Part shown: in pieces, positions 16,014-24,917 of the stretch
Layout: the number at the start of each line of letters is the position of its first letter
Numbering within the stretch: position 1 is the first letter of the stretch
Assembly (NCBI GenBank): GCA_017984185.1
Contig: JAGNZX010000001.1
Location: 1-26,337, forward strand
Reading direction: 5' to 3'
Source: Minisyncoccota bacterium
Lineage (GTDB): Bacteria; Patescibacteriota; Minisyncoccia; Phycocordibacterales; UBA9973
Length of the DNA stretch: 26,337 nucleotides
Made by a program: the position numbers and the translations under genes
Notes under the pieces: generated by a model
Databases searched by the model: none
Seen by the model: the letters and a program-made list of their open reading frames with translations, nothing else
What the model was told of the DNA's origin: nothing

Positions 16014-17015
16014 ATGAAAAAATATATTGGAATTTTGGTGTTTTTTGGTTTGATATTATCATTAAATTTAGCTAATCTCGCTATGGCCAAAGACGGCTCA
16101 GACGATAGTTCTGAGTCTGAATCATCTGACTCTTCGAGTGTGAGTGGAGATGCCAAGGATTCTAGTGGCGAAGCGGAATTAGAAGATGAAAACGAAGCAG
16201 AGGTAGAGGACGAATTGGAGGTGGGACGACCGAAACCACCAGTAAATAATTTACTTAGAGAGCAAAGAAAAACTTTCAAAGAAGACGCAAAGGCTAATCG
16301 TGACGCTTTCAAGGAAACCAAGAAAGGAGAACGAGATGCATTTAAGGATGAAATGAAGACTAATCGTGAGGCCTTAAAAGAGACCGGTAAGGCAGAACGT
16401 GAAGCTCTAAAAGCTAAGTTTGAAGCCCAAAGAGAAACTTTCAAGACACAAATCAAGACAGAGAGAGAAGCCTTTGTGACTAAACTAAAAACTGAAAAAG
16501 ATGCGTTCCTAGCTGAATTAAAAACAAAAAAAGAAGCCTGGAAACTAGTAAAGGAAGAAAAGAAGGCAGAATTTTGTGAAAAAGCTAAAGAAACTTTCTC
16601 AAGTAAATTTTCTGAAGCAATCTCAAAATTAGAAGGTTTCCAAACTCGTGTCGGTGAAGCAGTCGTTAGTTTGAAGGCTGATGGTAAAGACACAACAGCA
16701 GCCGAAGAAGCGCTTAAATTATCAAAGACTAAACTCGCTGATGCTAAGGCCAAGCTAGCTGGAGTCAAAGATGTAGTTCCTGAAACCACTTGTGCCGATA
16801 TGACTGCCGAAGTTTTTGCCCAAATTAAACTACAAGCTCGTGAAGCCAAAGATTTATTAAAAGAATCGAAGGATTCTTTACAAGTCTCAATCAAAGAATT
16901 AAAAGCTCTTCGTGGTCTAGAGACTGAAGATGAAAGTGGAGATGACAATGGCACCGATGCAACTGGCACAGACGACACTAGTGCCCCTGCGACAACAGAA
17001 ACTACTACAAATTAA
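16014..17015 (+). CDS. Secreted helical protein with acidic termini and 11-aa repeats
   Basis: Signal peptide ending AMA|K, D/E/S-rich N-region, nine 11-aa units (aa 86-184), helical region with two Cys, T/D-rich tail. Confidence 0.8.
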   Translation: MKKYIGILVFFGLILSLNLANLAMAKDGSDDSSESESSDSSSVSGDAKDSSGEAELEDENEAEVEDELEVGRPKPPVNNLLREQRKTFKEDAKANRDAFKETKKGERDAFKDEMKTNREALKETGKAEREALKAKFEAQRETFKTQIKTEREAFVTKLKTEKDAFLAELKTKKEAWKLVKEEKKAEFCEKAKETFSSKFSEAISKLEGFQTRVGEAVVSLKADGKDTTAAEEALKLSKTKLADAKAKLAGVKDVVPETTCADMTAEVFAQIKLQAREAKDLLKESKDSLQVSIKELKALRGLETEDESGDDNGTDATGTDDTSAPATTETTTN

Positions 17016-17036
17016 ATTATTATTTAATAAAAAAAT

Positions 17037-17267
17037 ATGGATTCAAATAAAAAATTAGATGGTGCATTGTTGGGATTAGTTGTTATTATTGTTATTTTGG
17101 TAATTGGTGGTATCTATTTATTCAATAAGGCCTCTGTGGACCGAACCACTCCCGCAACTACCGCAGACGTCAAAGATATCTTGACACCGACAGACATGAA
17201 TTCCCCAACTAAAATCGAAGCTGACTTAAACAACATCGACCTAAACAGTCTCGATACTGATTTGTAA
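17037..17267 (+). CDS. Small single-pass membrane protein
   Basis: 76 aa; N-terminal TM ALLGLVVIIVILVIGGIYLF; C-terminal IEADLNNIDLNSLDTDL amphipathic helix; fills the gap between two same-strand genes. Confidence 0.7.
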   Translation: MDSNKKLDGALLGLVVIIVILVIGGIYLFNKASVDRTTPATTADVKDILTPTDMNSPTKIEADLNNIDLNSLDTDL

Positions 17268-17297
17268 TCAGAACTTATAAAGTAATTCTCGAAACTG

Positions 17298-18359
17298 ATG
17301 CAAACAAAAATAACCAAACTACCGAAGAGCGAAATCGAAATCGAGGGAGAGCTAGATGCTGATGTCTTTGAGACTTATTATGCTCGTGCTTTAAAAAAAA
17401 TTGGGGAAAATGTAGAGATCGATGGGTTTAGAAAAGGCAAAGTTCCAGAAAATATCTTAAACACCAAAGTACCAGAAATAGCCATCTTGGAAGAAATGGC
17501 CCAACTAGCCTTAAATGAACACTACCCCAAAATACTAGACGAGGAAAAAATAGATGCTATAAGTCGTCCAGAAATTTCGATCACCAAATTGGCTCGTAAA
17601 AATCCACTTGGATTTAAGATAAAAACAGCGACATTGCCAGTGATAAAACTTTCTGACTATAAAAAACTAGCTAAAAAAATACTATCCGAAATAACTGAAA
17701 AGGATAAAGACGTAACTGTGACTGATGAAGAATTGGAAAATACAATTCTAGACATACGAAAATCTCGTGCACCTAAAATAGACATGAAAGATATCCCGGA
17801 AGTTGCCAAGGATGGCGCCGAGGGTAAATTACCGGAGCCCGAACTTCCAGAATTCAATGATGAGTTCGTAAAAGCTCTTGGTCCGTTTGAAGGAATTGAG
17901 GATTTCAAAACAAAGCTAAAAGAAAACATTGGTGTAGAAAAAGTAAACACACTCAAAGAAAAAACCAGAGTAAAGATAATCGAGAAAATAATCGAAGAAG
18001 CTGAACTCGAAGTGCCAGATATTTTGACAGAAATCGAAGTAGATAAAATTCTCTACAAAATGGAGTCTGATATTTCGCAAATGGGTCTGCAGTTTGAAGA
18101 ATACCTAAAACATCTAAAAAAAACTCGTGAGGAACTACGGGGAGAATTTAGAAAAGATGGAGAAAAAAAGGCAAAGCTAGCTCTTATCTTAAATGAAATA
18201 GCTAAGATAGAAAAAATTGTGGCTAGTCCGGAGGCTGTGGCACAAGAAGTAGCACACATTCTCGAGCACTACAAAGAAGCTGACCCGGAACGAGCTCAAA
18301 TGCACGCGGAAAATGTCCTCACCAACGAAATGATTTTCAATTTCTTGGAAAATCAGTAG
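17298..18359 (+). CDS. tig: Trigger factor lacking the FKBP/PPIase domain
   Basis: Ribosome-binding signature IDGFRKGKVP. VTDEELE..I..IR is followed after only ~25 aa by ELPEFNDEFVK; C-terminal chaperone domain; 353 aa. Confidence 0.92.
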   Translation: MQTKITKLPKSEIEIEGELDADVFETYYARALKKIGENVEIDGFRKGKVPENILNTKVPEIAILEEMAQLALNEHYPKILDEEKIDAISRPEISITKLARKNPLGFKIKTATLPVIKLSDYKKLAKKILSEITEKDKDVTVTDEELENTILDIRKSRAPKIDMKDIPEVAKDGAEGKLPEPELPEFNDEFVKALGPFEGIEDFKTKLKENIGVEKVNTLKEKTRVKIIEKIIEEAELEVPDILTEIEVDKILYKMESDISQMGLQFEEYLKHLKKTREELRGEFRKDGEKKAKLALILNEIAKIEKIVASPEAVAQEVAHILEHYKEADPERAQMHAENVLTNEMIFNFLENQ

Positions 18360-18362
18360 TCT

Positions 18363-19280
18363 CTAAAGTCCAAAAACGTGAAGCAAAAGCGCCATCCGAG
18401 TATACAGGCCATTTTGTGCTTGCCGGAAATATGCAGCACGTGAATCCGAATCTATTTTAGGATCAATTTCATTCACTCGAGGTAAGGGATGCATAATAAT
18501 TGCCTCTTTTTTTAACTTTTTAACATGCTCGGTCTTCAACAAAAATGCGTCTTTAACTTTCTCATAATCAGCCACATTTTTAAAACGCTCTTTTTGGACT
18601 CGAGTCATGTATAAAACATCAATCTTTGGCAAAACTTCATCGAGGCTAGCGAGTTCTTTAAAGTTTACCTTGCTCTTAATCAAAGATTGTCGATAAGCAT
18701 CGGCCAAAACTAACTCTTTGGGCGAAATAAAATAAAAAGTATTATTTGGGTAAAGATTTAACATCAACACCAGGGAACGAAGGGTTCGGCTATTTAAGAC
18801 ATCACCCACAAAAGCCACAGACAAACCGTTTAACTTGCCAAATTCTTTCTGGATTGTTAGCAAATCTAAAATACCTTGCGATGGATGTTCGTTTGCCCCA
18901 TCCCCAGCATTAACGAGTGGTTTAGTTGTAACTTTTGCCGCTGCTTCGAGTGCGCCATCTTTTGGGTGACGAATAACAATTGCGTCAGCATACGAACAAA
19001 GCATGCGAGTGGTGTCTTCGATTGTTTCACCTTTATATGTCGAAGAGTTGACCATTGCATTTTCTGCCGAGATTACTTGTGCTCCGAGCTTTAGAGCCGC
19101 GGTCTCAAAAGACAAACGTGTCCGAGTTGAAGGTTCAAAAAAAATACAGGCTACTATTTTATCTTGCAAAAGTTTTTTTACTTTACCACTCTTGCATTGT
19201 TTCTCCATCAACAAGGCTCTAGCTAAAATTTTTTCTATATCATTTTTATTAAATTGTTTTGCCGACAATATATGATTCAT
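18363..19280 (-). CDS. pyrB: Aspartate carbamoyltransferase catalytic subunit
   Basis: FFEPSTRTRLSFE, KGETIED, VIRHP, NAGDGANEHPSQ, YMTRVQKERF and MHPLPRVNEI motifs. Confidence 0.97.
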   Translation of the reverse strand: MNHILSAKQFNKNDIEKILARALLMEKQCKSGKVKKLLQDKIVACIFFEPSTRTRLSFETAALKLGAQVISAENAMVNSSTYKGETIEDTTRMLCSYADAIVIRHPKDGALEAAAKVTTKPLVNAGDGANEHPSQGILDLLTIQKEFGKLNGLSVAFVGDVLNSRTLRSLVLMLNLYPNNTFYFISPKELVLADAYRQSLIKSKVNFKELASLDEVLPKIDVLYMTRVQKERFKNVADYEKVKDAFLLKTEHVKKLKKEAIIMHPLPRVNEIDPKIDSDSRAAYFRQAQNGLYTRMALLLHVFGL

Positions 19281-19284
19281 ATTT

Positions 19285-22200
19285 TTAATTTATATATTCT
19301 TTATACGACTTAATTTCTAAATCTTTTAAATTATACCTATCTAGAGCCTTAATAAAAGCACGGGCTAAGTGTAGATCCGTAAAAAGAGGGATCTGATTAT
19401 CGACCGTAGCTCGACGAATCCGAAAACCATCAGTCTCCACTTGTCGCACTTGGCCTCCCGTCTTACTTAAATTTACCACAAAAGCTATACTCTTATTCTC
19501 AACAACATCTAAAACATTCGGTGATGCTTGAGATGCCTTACGAACAATCTTACACCCAACACCTTGTTTTTGTAAAAATTCTGCCGTCGTATCAGTCGCA
19601 AAAATATCATACCCAAGTTTAACCAATATTTTTGCTGTTTCTAAGAACTTGGCTTTGTTTATTTCGCCACCCAGAGAGAGTAAGACTGTTTTCATTTCAA
19701 AATCAAATTTATTTGTGCTTAATATAGATTTAAGTAATGCTTCATCATAATCTCGGCCAAAACAAGCCACTTCTCCCGTGGAAGACATTTCGACCCGAAG
19801 CACCGGATCAGCTCCGAGCAATCTGGCAAAAGAAAATTGGGAGGATTTCACAACCACAGCCTTTGGGTATATAAATTTATGTTGTTTGGCATTTCCAAAA
19901 AAACTATCCACAACTTTCTCTGGAAAATTGGTATTCATGGCTTTAGACAAAAAAGGGAAAGTTCGACTCGCTCGGAGGTTTACTTCGATGACATAAGGAA
20001 TATTATCTTTGACTAAAAATTGAATATTTATCGGGCCGGTCACTGCAAGTTCACGAGTTATTTTTTTAGAAATTTCTCGCAACTGAAATTCTGTTGAAGC
20101 ATATACTCTTTGTGTTGGATACACTATTGTCGCATCCCCCGAATGCACTCCAGCGTTTTCTACGTGTTCAGAAATACCATAAATCACAAGCTCCCCATTT
20201 TGGGCCACGGCATCAAACTCCAGTTCTTTGGCTGTTTCAATATATTTAGAAATTGTGACTGGGTGTGCCGGAGAAAGTACTGCGGCCTTGGTAACAAAAT
20301 CTTTCAATTGCTCATTGTCGTAACAAACTCGCATCGCTGCACCAGAAAGAACATAAGACGGTCGAACCAACACTGGAAAACTTTCTTGTTCAGTAAACTT
20401 TATGGCTTGGGTCATGTTTGTAAAACTCGTCCATCTTGGTTGCAAAATATTTAATTTATCTAGAATTGCCGAAAATTTATTTCTATCTTCGGCTCTATCT
20501 ATATCTTCTGCCTTAGTTCCCAAAATCTGGAAACCAGCACTGGTCAAAGATTGAGCCAGGTTATTTGGACGTTGACCCCCCACAGAAACAACCAAACCAT
20601 ACGAATCTTCAAATTCAAAAATATCAGCCACAGTTTCGAAAGATAAGTTTTCAAAATATAGCCTATCTGACATATCATAATCTGTAGACACAGTTTCGGG
20701 ATTACAATTTACAATAATTGACTGTTTTTTGTATTTTCTAAAAGCCATAGCCGTATACACACAAGACCAATCAAATTCAACCGAAGACCCGATATGGTAA
20801 GGCCCACTACCCAAAACCATCACAGCTTTTTTGCCTAATGGCAAAACATCGTTATGTTTTCCGTGATAAGTTAGATACAAATAATTTGTTTTAGCTGGCA
20901 CTTCTCCCGCCAAGGTGTCCACTGTAAAAACGGAAGGCTTTATTTTTAAATTTTTTCGTAATTCACGAATCTCTAATTCAGTTTTTCTACAAAGTCTCCC
21001 AATTTTTTTATCAGAAAAACCAGCTTGCTTTAATTCTAAAATTATTTCGTGAGAAAATTTATTTTTCTGTGTTTTAAGAAACTTTTGTTCTAACTTAACA
21101 ATATTTTCAATACGGTGTAAAAACCAGGGATCAATGCCGGTAATTTTGTATATGGCGTCCACGCTCAATCCATCTTTCATGCTTTCAGCTACTGCAAAAA
21201 GTCTGCGTGGGGTGGGTGTGGTTAAAAATTTATGTATTTCTTTTTTATCAGAAAAACCATTATCTGTCACTCCTTCAGCTATACCAGATTGCATGCGAAC
21301 AGCTTTCTGCAAGGCTTCTTCGAAGCTCCGCCCAATAGCCATCACTTCCCCGACAGACTTCATGGCACTACCAATACGCTCAACAGCACCAACAAACTTT
21401 ACCAAATCCCATCTAGGCATTTTTACTACTACATAATCTAAGGCTGGTTCAAAAAAACTTTGGGTTACTTTCGTGATTTTATTTTCTATCTGAATTAAAC
21501 TTTTTCCAAGAGCAAGCTTGGCTGCCACATAAGCCAAAGGGTAACCGGTGGCTTTGGAGGCCAAAGCACTCGAGCGAGACAAACGTGCATTGACCTCGAT
21601 AACAAAATAATCCAATTCCCCATTTTTTGGATTTGGATTTAAGGCATACTGCACATTGCACTCCCCAACTATTTTTAAACTCTGCACAATTTTTATACTA
21701 GCCTCACGCAGACCGTGGTATTCGGCATTGGAAAGAGTCTGACTTGGAGCCACCACGATTGAATCTCCGGTATGTATGCCGAGCGGATCAAAATTTTCCA
21801 TATTACACACGGTTACAATATTCCCAAAAGCATCTCGAACAACTTCGTATTCAATTTCTTTAAAATGATGCAAATATTTTTCGATTAAAACTTGTGGTGA
21901 CACAGCCAAAGCACCTTTCACAATTTCTTCCAGTTCTTTTAGATTGTTGGCTACTCCGGATTTTTGACCACCGAGAGCAAAAGCTGCTCGAACCATCAAG
22001 GGATATCCAATCCTATTTGCTTCAACGATAGCTTCTTTCATATTTGTGGCGCTACCGGAAGGAGGCACTGGTATATTCATATTTCTCAAATGTTCGGCAA
22101 ATTTTTCCCTGTCTTCGGTCAGTTCTATTGAAGCCACTGGTGTCCCCAAAACTTCAACGTTATATTTTTTCAAAGTCCCTTTTTCGTAAAGCTTGAGACC

Positions 22201-22491
22201 ACAATTAAGTGCGGTCTGTCCACCAAAAGACAACATAATACCGTCGGGTCTTTCCTTGGCAATAACTTTTTCTACAAAATAATCATTGACCGGTAAAAAA
22301 TACACTTCATCGGCCAGAGTTTTTGAAGTTTGAAAAGTAGCAATGTTTGGGTTTATTAAGATGACTTTAATTTTTTCTTCTTTGAGTGCCTTGATGGCCT
22401 GGCTACCAGAATAATCAAATTCTCCGGCTTCACCGATTTTCAATGCCCCGCTACCAAGTACTAAAATTTTTTTAAATTTTTTATTTTTCAT
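19285..22491 (-). CDS. carB: Carbamoyl-phosphate synthase large subunit
   Basis: [71 protein letters not shown] and a C-terminal MGS-like domain; 1068 aa. Confidence 0.98.
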   Translation of the reverse strand: [1068 protein letters not shown]

Positions 22492-23575
22492 TTGTTTTTT
22501 GGTACTTTTTTATTTGTTCTAAAAAATAATCGAATATAAAATCAGTATCGGTGGGACCAGGGTTGTCTTCCGGATGAAATTGCACCGACATGAATGGCAA
22601 GCTTTGATGAATAATTCCTTCGTTGGTATTATCATTCGCATTATAAAACCATTCTCGGAAATTATTTGGGATTTTACCGACAGCAAAACCGTGATTTTGG
22701 GTAGTCAAAAAGCACTTTGTGCCGGTCTTTTCATTTTTTACCCTTTCTACTACTGGTTGATTTTGACTACGATGACCAAATGGTAATTTGTAAGTATTTC
22801 CACCTGAAGCTAAAGCTAAAATCTGATTACCCAAGCATATACCCAAAATTGGTATATTTTTTTGCATAATTTTTTGGACATTTTTTATTGTAGCCTGGAC
22901 CATTTTCGGATCTCCAGGCCCATTTGAAATAACCACACCTGAAAATTTAAAATCTAACTTGGTCACATCTGTATCCCACGGAACCACAACCACTTTTACA
23001 CCCCTTTGAACCATTCGACGAATAATATTTTTCTTAGCCCCGCAATCAATAAGCACGATTGTATTTTCTCCCTCGCCACAAGACAAGATTTTCTTGGTAC
23101 TAACTTCAGCCACTAAATTTCTTTTATTTGGGTCTTCGAATTTTATATCTGTACCAGAAGTATTGGTTAAAATTTTACCCAGAGTTGCCCCCTCGTCTCG
23201 TAATTTTAAAGTTAAAGCTCGCGTATCTTTTATCTCTAATGCTGGAACACCTTCTTTTTTAAGCCAGGCCCCGAGCGTCATTTCGCTCGCATGGTGTGAG
23301 GGTGTGTCTATGTAGCTTGAAACAATCAGCCCGGCCACTTGAATTTTGTCTGATTCAAATGATTCTTTGTTTGGCACACCATAACTACCCACCAAAGGAA
23401 AAGTTAATACTAAAATCTGTCCACGAAAAGAAGGATCGGTTAAAGCTTCTGGATAGCCCACCATACCTGTCGCAAAAACTACTTCACCTGAAATAGATTT
23501 CAGAGCACCAAAACTTTTTCCTTCAAAAGTTGAACCGTCTTTAAATATTAATTTACCTGTTTTATCGTTTGTCAT
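22481..23575 (-). CDS. carA: Carbamoyl-phosphate synthase small (glutaminase) subunit
   Basis: GEVVFATGMVGYPEALTDPS, SNGPGDP, GICLGNQ (catalytic Cys), TTQNHGFAV and QFHPE (His/Glu). Start taken as ATG 23575 (MTNDK); 23587 is an alternative. Confidence 0.96.
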   Translation of the reverse strand: MTNDKTGKLIFKDGSTFEGKSFGALKSISGEVVFATGMVGYPEALTDPSFRGQILVLTFPLVGSYGVPNKESFESDKIQVAGLIVSSYIDTPSHHASEMTLGAWLKKEGVPALEIKDTRALTLKLRDEGATLGKILTNTSGTDIKFEDPNKRNLVAEVSTKKILSCGEGENTIVLIDCGAKKNIIRRMVQRGVKVVVVPWDTDVTKLDFKFSGVVISNGPGDPKMVQATIKNVQKIMQKNIPILGICLGNQILALASGGNTYKLPFGHRSQNQPVVERVKNEKTGTKCFLTTQNHGFAVGKIPNNFREWFYNANDNTNEGIIHQSLPFMSVQFHPEDNPGPTDTDFIFDYFLEQIKKYQKTNEK

Positions 23576-24791
23576 AAATTTTTCCATTAACCATTGTCAT
23601 CACCACGCTACCAGGAAATGTTACCCCGGAAAATGGTGACCACCCGCATTTTGTTTTTAATACATTTTGATTGATTGTAATTGGTTTACTCATATCTATT
23701 ACGGTCAACGAGCCCACAAACCCCTCTCTCAACTCTCCATATTTATTTTTAGAAAATTGATTAAAAAAAACACCAGGATTAACACTACAAACTCGTGCAA
23801 CTTTTTCAGCTGTGAAACCGTGTTCTTTGATTAACCACGTGGTAAAAGGCCCAAAAGTATCAAGATGGGGCATACCAGAAATACCTTTTTCTTTTTCTTG
23901 CATTGTATGCGGAGCATGATCTGTGGCTAGAAAATCAATACCCCCATTGCTTAGTGCTTCGATTAGAGCCAACCTGTTTTCTTTTGTTTGTCTAATTGGC
24001 GGATTCACTTGTAAATCTTTTTTATTTAAATTTGGCATAGTTTCATCAAAAAAAAGATGGTGCGGGGTAATTTCTACAGTTACATTTACTCCGCGATTTT
24101 TGGCCTCGGTAATTTTACGGACTGCTTCTATGGTTGAAGCGTGACAAATTTTTCCATTGATTTTATATTTTTCAATTAAATACAGAGCAAAATCTACTGC
24201 GGAAATTTCAGCCGAAGCTGGACGTCTAGCTTCGTGGGTCGAAGCATTTTTGTTTTCTTCTAGTTGTTTGGGGTCTTCGCAATGAAAACTAACATTTTCT
24301 CCAGAATATTTAGCTATAGCTTTTTCCAAATCTTCTTGATTGGTAAAAAATAATTCACCAATCGAATGCCCCATAAAAACTTTGTATGGAACTTTTTTTG
24401 AAAGAGGTTTAGTGTTATTCCCAATACCAGCATACAAAACAATTGGTACAACAGAATTTTTAGTTAATAAATTCTTGTCGTCATAACTTTTATCGTCGAT
24501 TGGTGGTGTCAGATTGTTTGGCATATCCAAGAATGCCACAACTCCCCCATTTACTGCCGCTTGTGAAGCAGAAATAAAATCTTCTTTATGATCTTGACTA
24601 TGATCGACACACTCTCTGGCGTGCACATGCAAATCTATAAATCCCGGGAAAATTAATTCTTCTGTAAAAACAAAATCGGCCTCACCTTTTGTTTCGCAAA
24701 TTTTTGCAATCAAACCAGTGGTTTGGTCGATTTCAATTCGCCCTCTTTTGGTCTGACTACTATTTACAATTAATCCTTCAATACTAAGCAT
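23562..24791 (-). CDS. pyrC: Dihydroorotase (type I, multifunctional-complex type)
   Basis: PGFIDLHVHARE, DMPN, KVFM, FHCED, CHAST, EITPHHL, NPPIR, ATDHAPHT and TKCGWSPF motifs, plus operon context. Annotation as allantoinase is less likely given that context. Confidence 0.9.
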   Translation of the reverse strand: MLSIEGLIVNSSQTKRGRIEIDQTTGLIAKICETKGEADFVFTEELIFPGFIDLHVHARECVDHSQDHKEDFISASQAAVNGGVVAFLDMPNNLTPPIDDKSYDDKNLLTKNSVVPIVLYAGIGNNTKPLSKKVPYKVFMGHSIGELFFTNQEDLEKAIAKYSGENVSFHCEDPKQLEENKNASTHEARRPASAEISAVDFALYLIEKYKINGKICHASTIEAVRKITEAKNRGVNVTVEITPHHLFFDETMPNLNKKDLQVNPPIRQTKENRLALIEALSNGGIDFLATDHAPHTMQEKEKGISGMPHLDTFGPFTTWLIKEHGFTAEKVARVCSVNPGVFFNQFSKNKYGELREGFVGSLTVIDMSKPITINQNVLKTKCGWSPFSGVTFPGSVVMTMVNGKIYDKR

Positions 24792-24909
24792 AAAATTTAG
24801 ACAAAAAAATAACCCCGACAGGGGCTTTTGTAATAACAGAAATATTAAATTCAGAAATAAAGTATTGTGAGGTGTTTTTAGTATTTACCTTTTTTATTAC
24901 TTTACACAT
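24784..24909 (-). CDS. Putative 41-aa pyr leader peptide (pyrL-like)
   Basis: ATG 24909 lies 8 nt after a TGc-TAACAT box. The ORF MCKVIKKVNTKNTSQYFISEFNISVITKAPVGVIFLSKFYA runs through the hairpin and its TAG overlaps the pyrC ATG. Confidence 0.5.
   Translation of the reverse strand: MCKVIKKVNTKNTSQYFISEFNISVITKAPVGVIFLSKFYA
24803..24827 (-). terminator. Attenuator-type intrinsic terminator in the pyr operon leader
   Basis: Minus strand AAGCCCC-UGUC-GGGGUU-A-UUUUUUU ends 11 nt before the pyrC ATG. No convergent gene exists that it could terminate. Confidence 0.65.
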
Positions 24910-24917
24910 TAGGTAAG

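Noticed and set aside
16001-16978. 325-aa minus-strand Ser/Leu/Phe-rich ORF
   Set aside because: Mirror of the repetitive E/K/A-rich 16014-17015 gene; the plus-strand protein has the signal peptide and periodicity.
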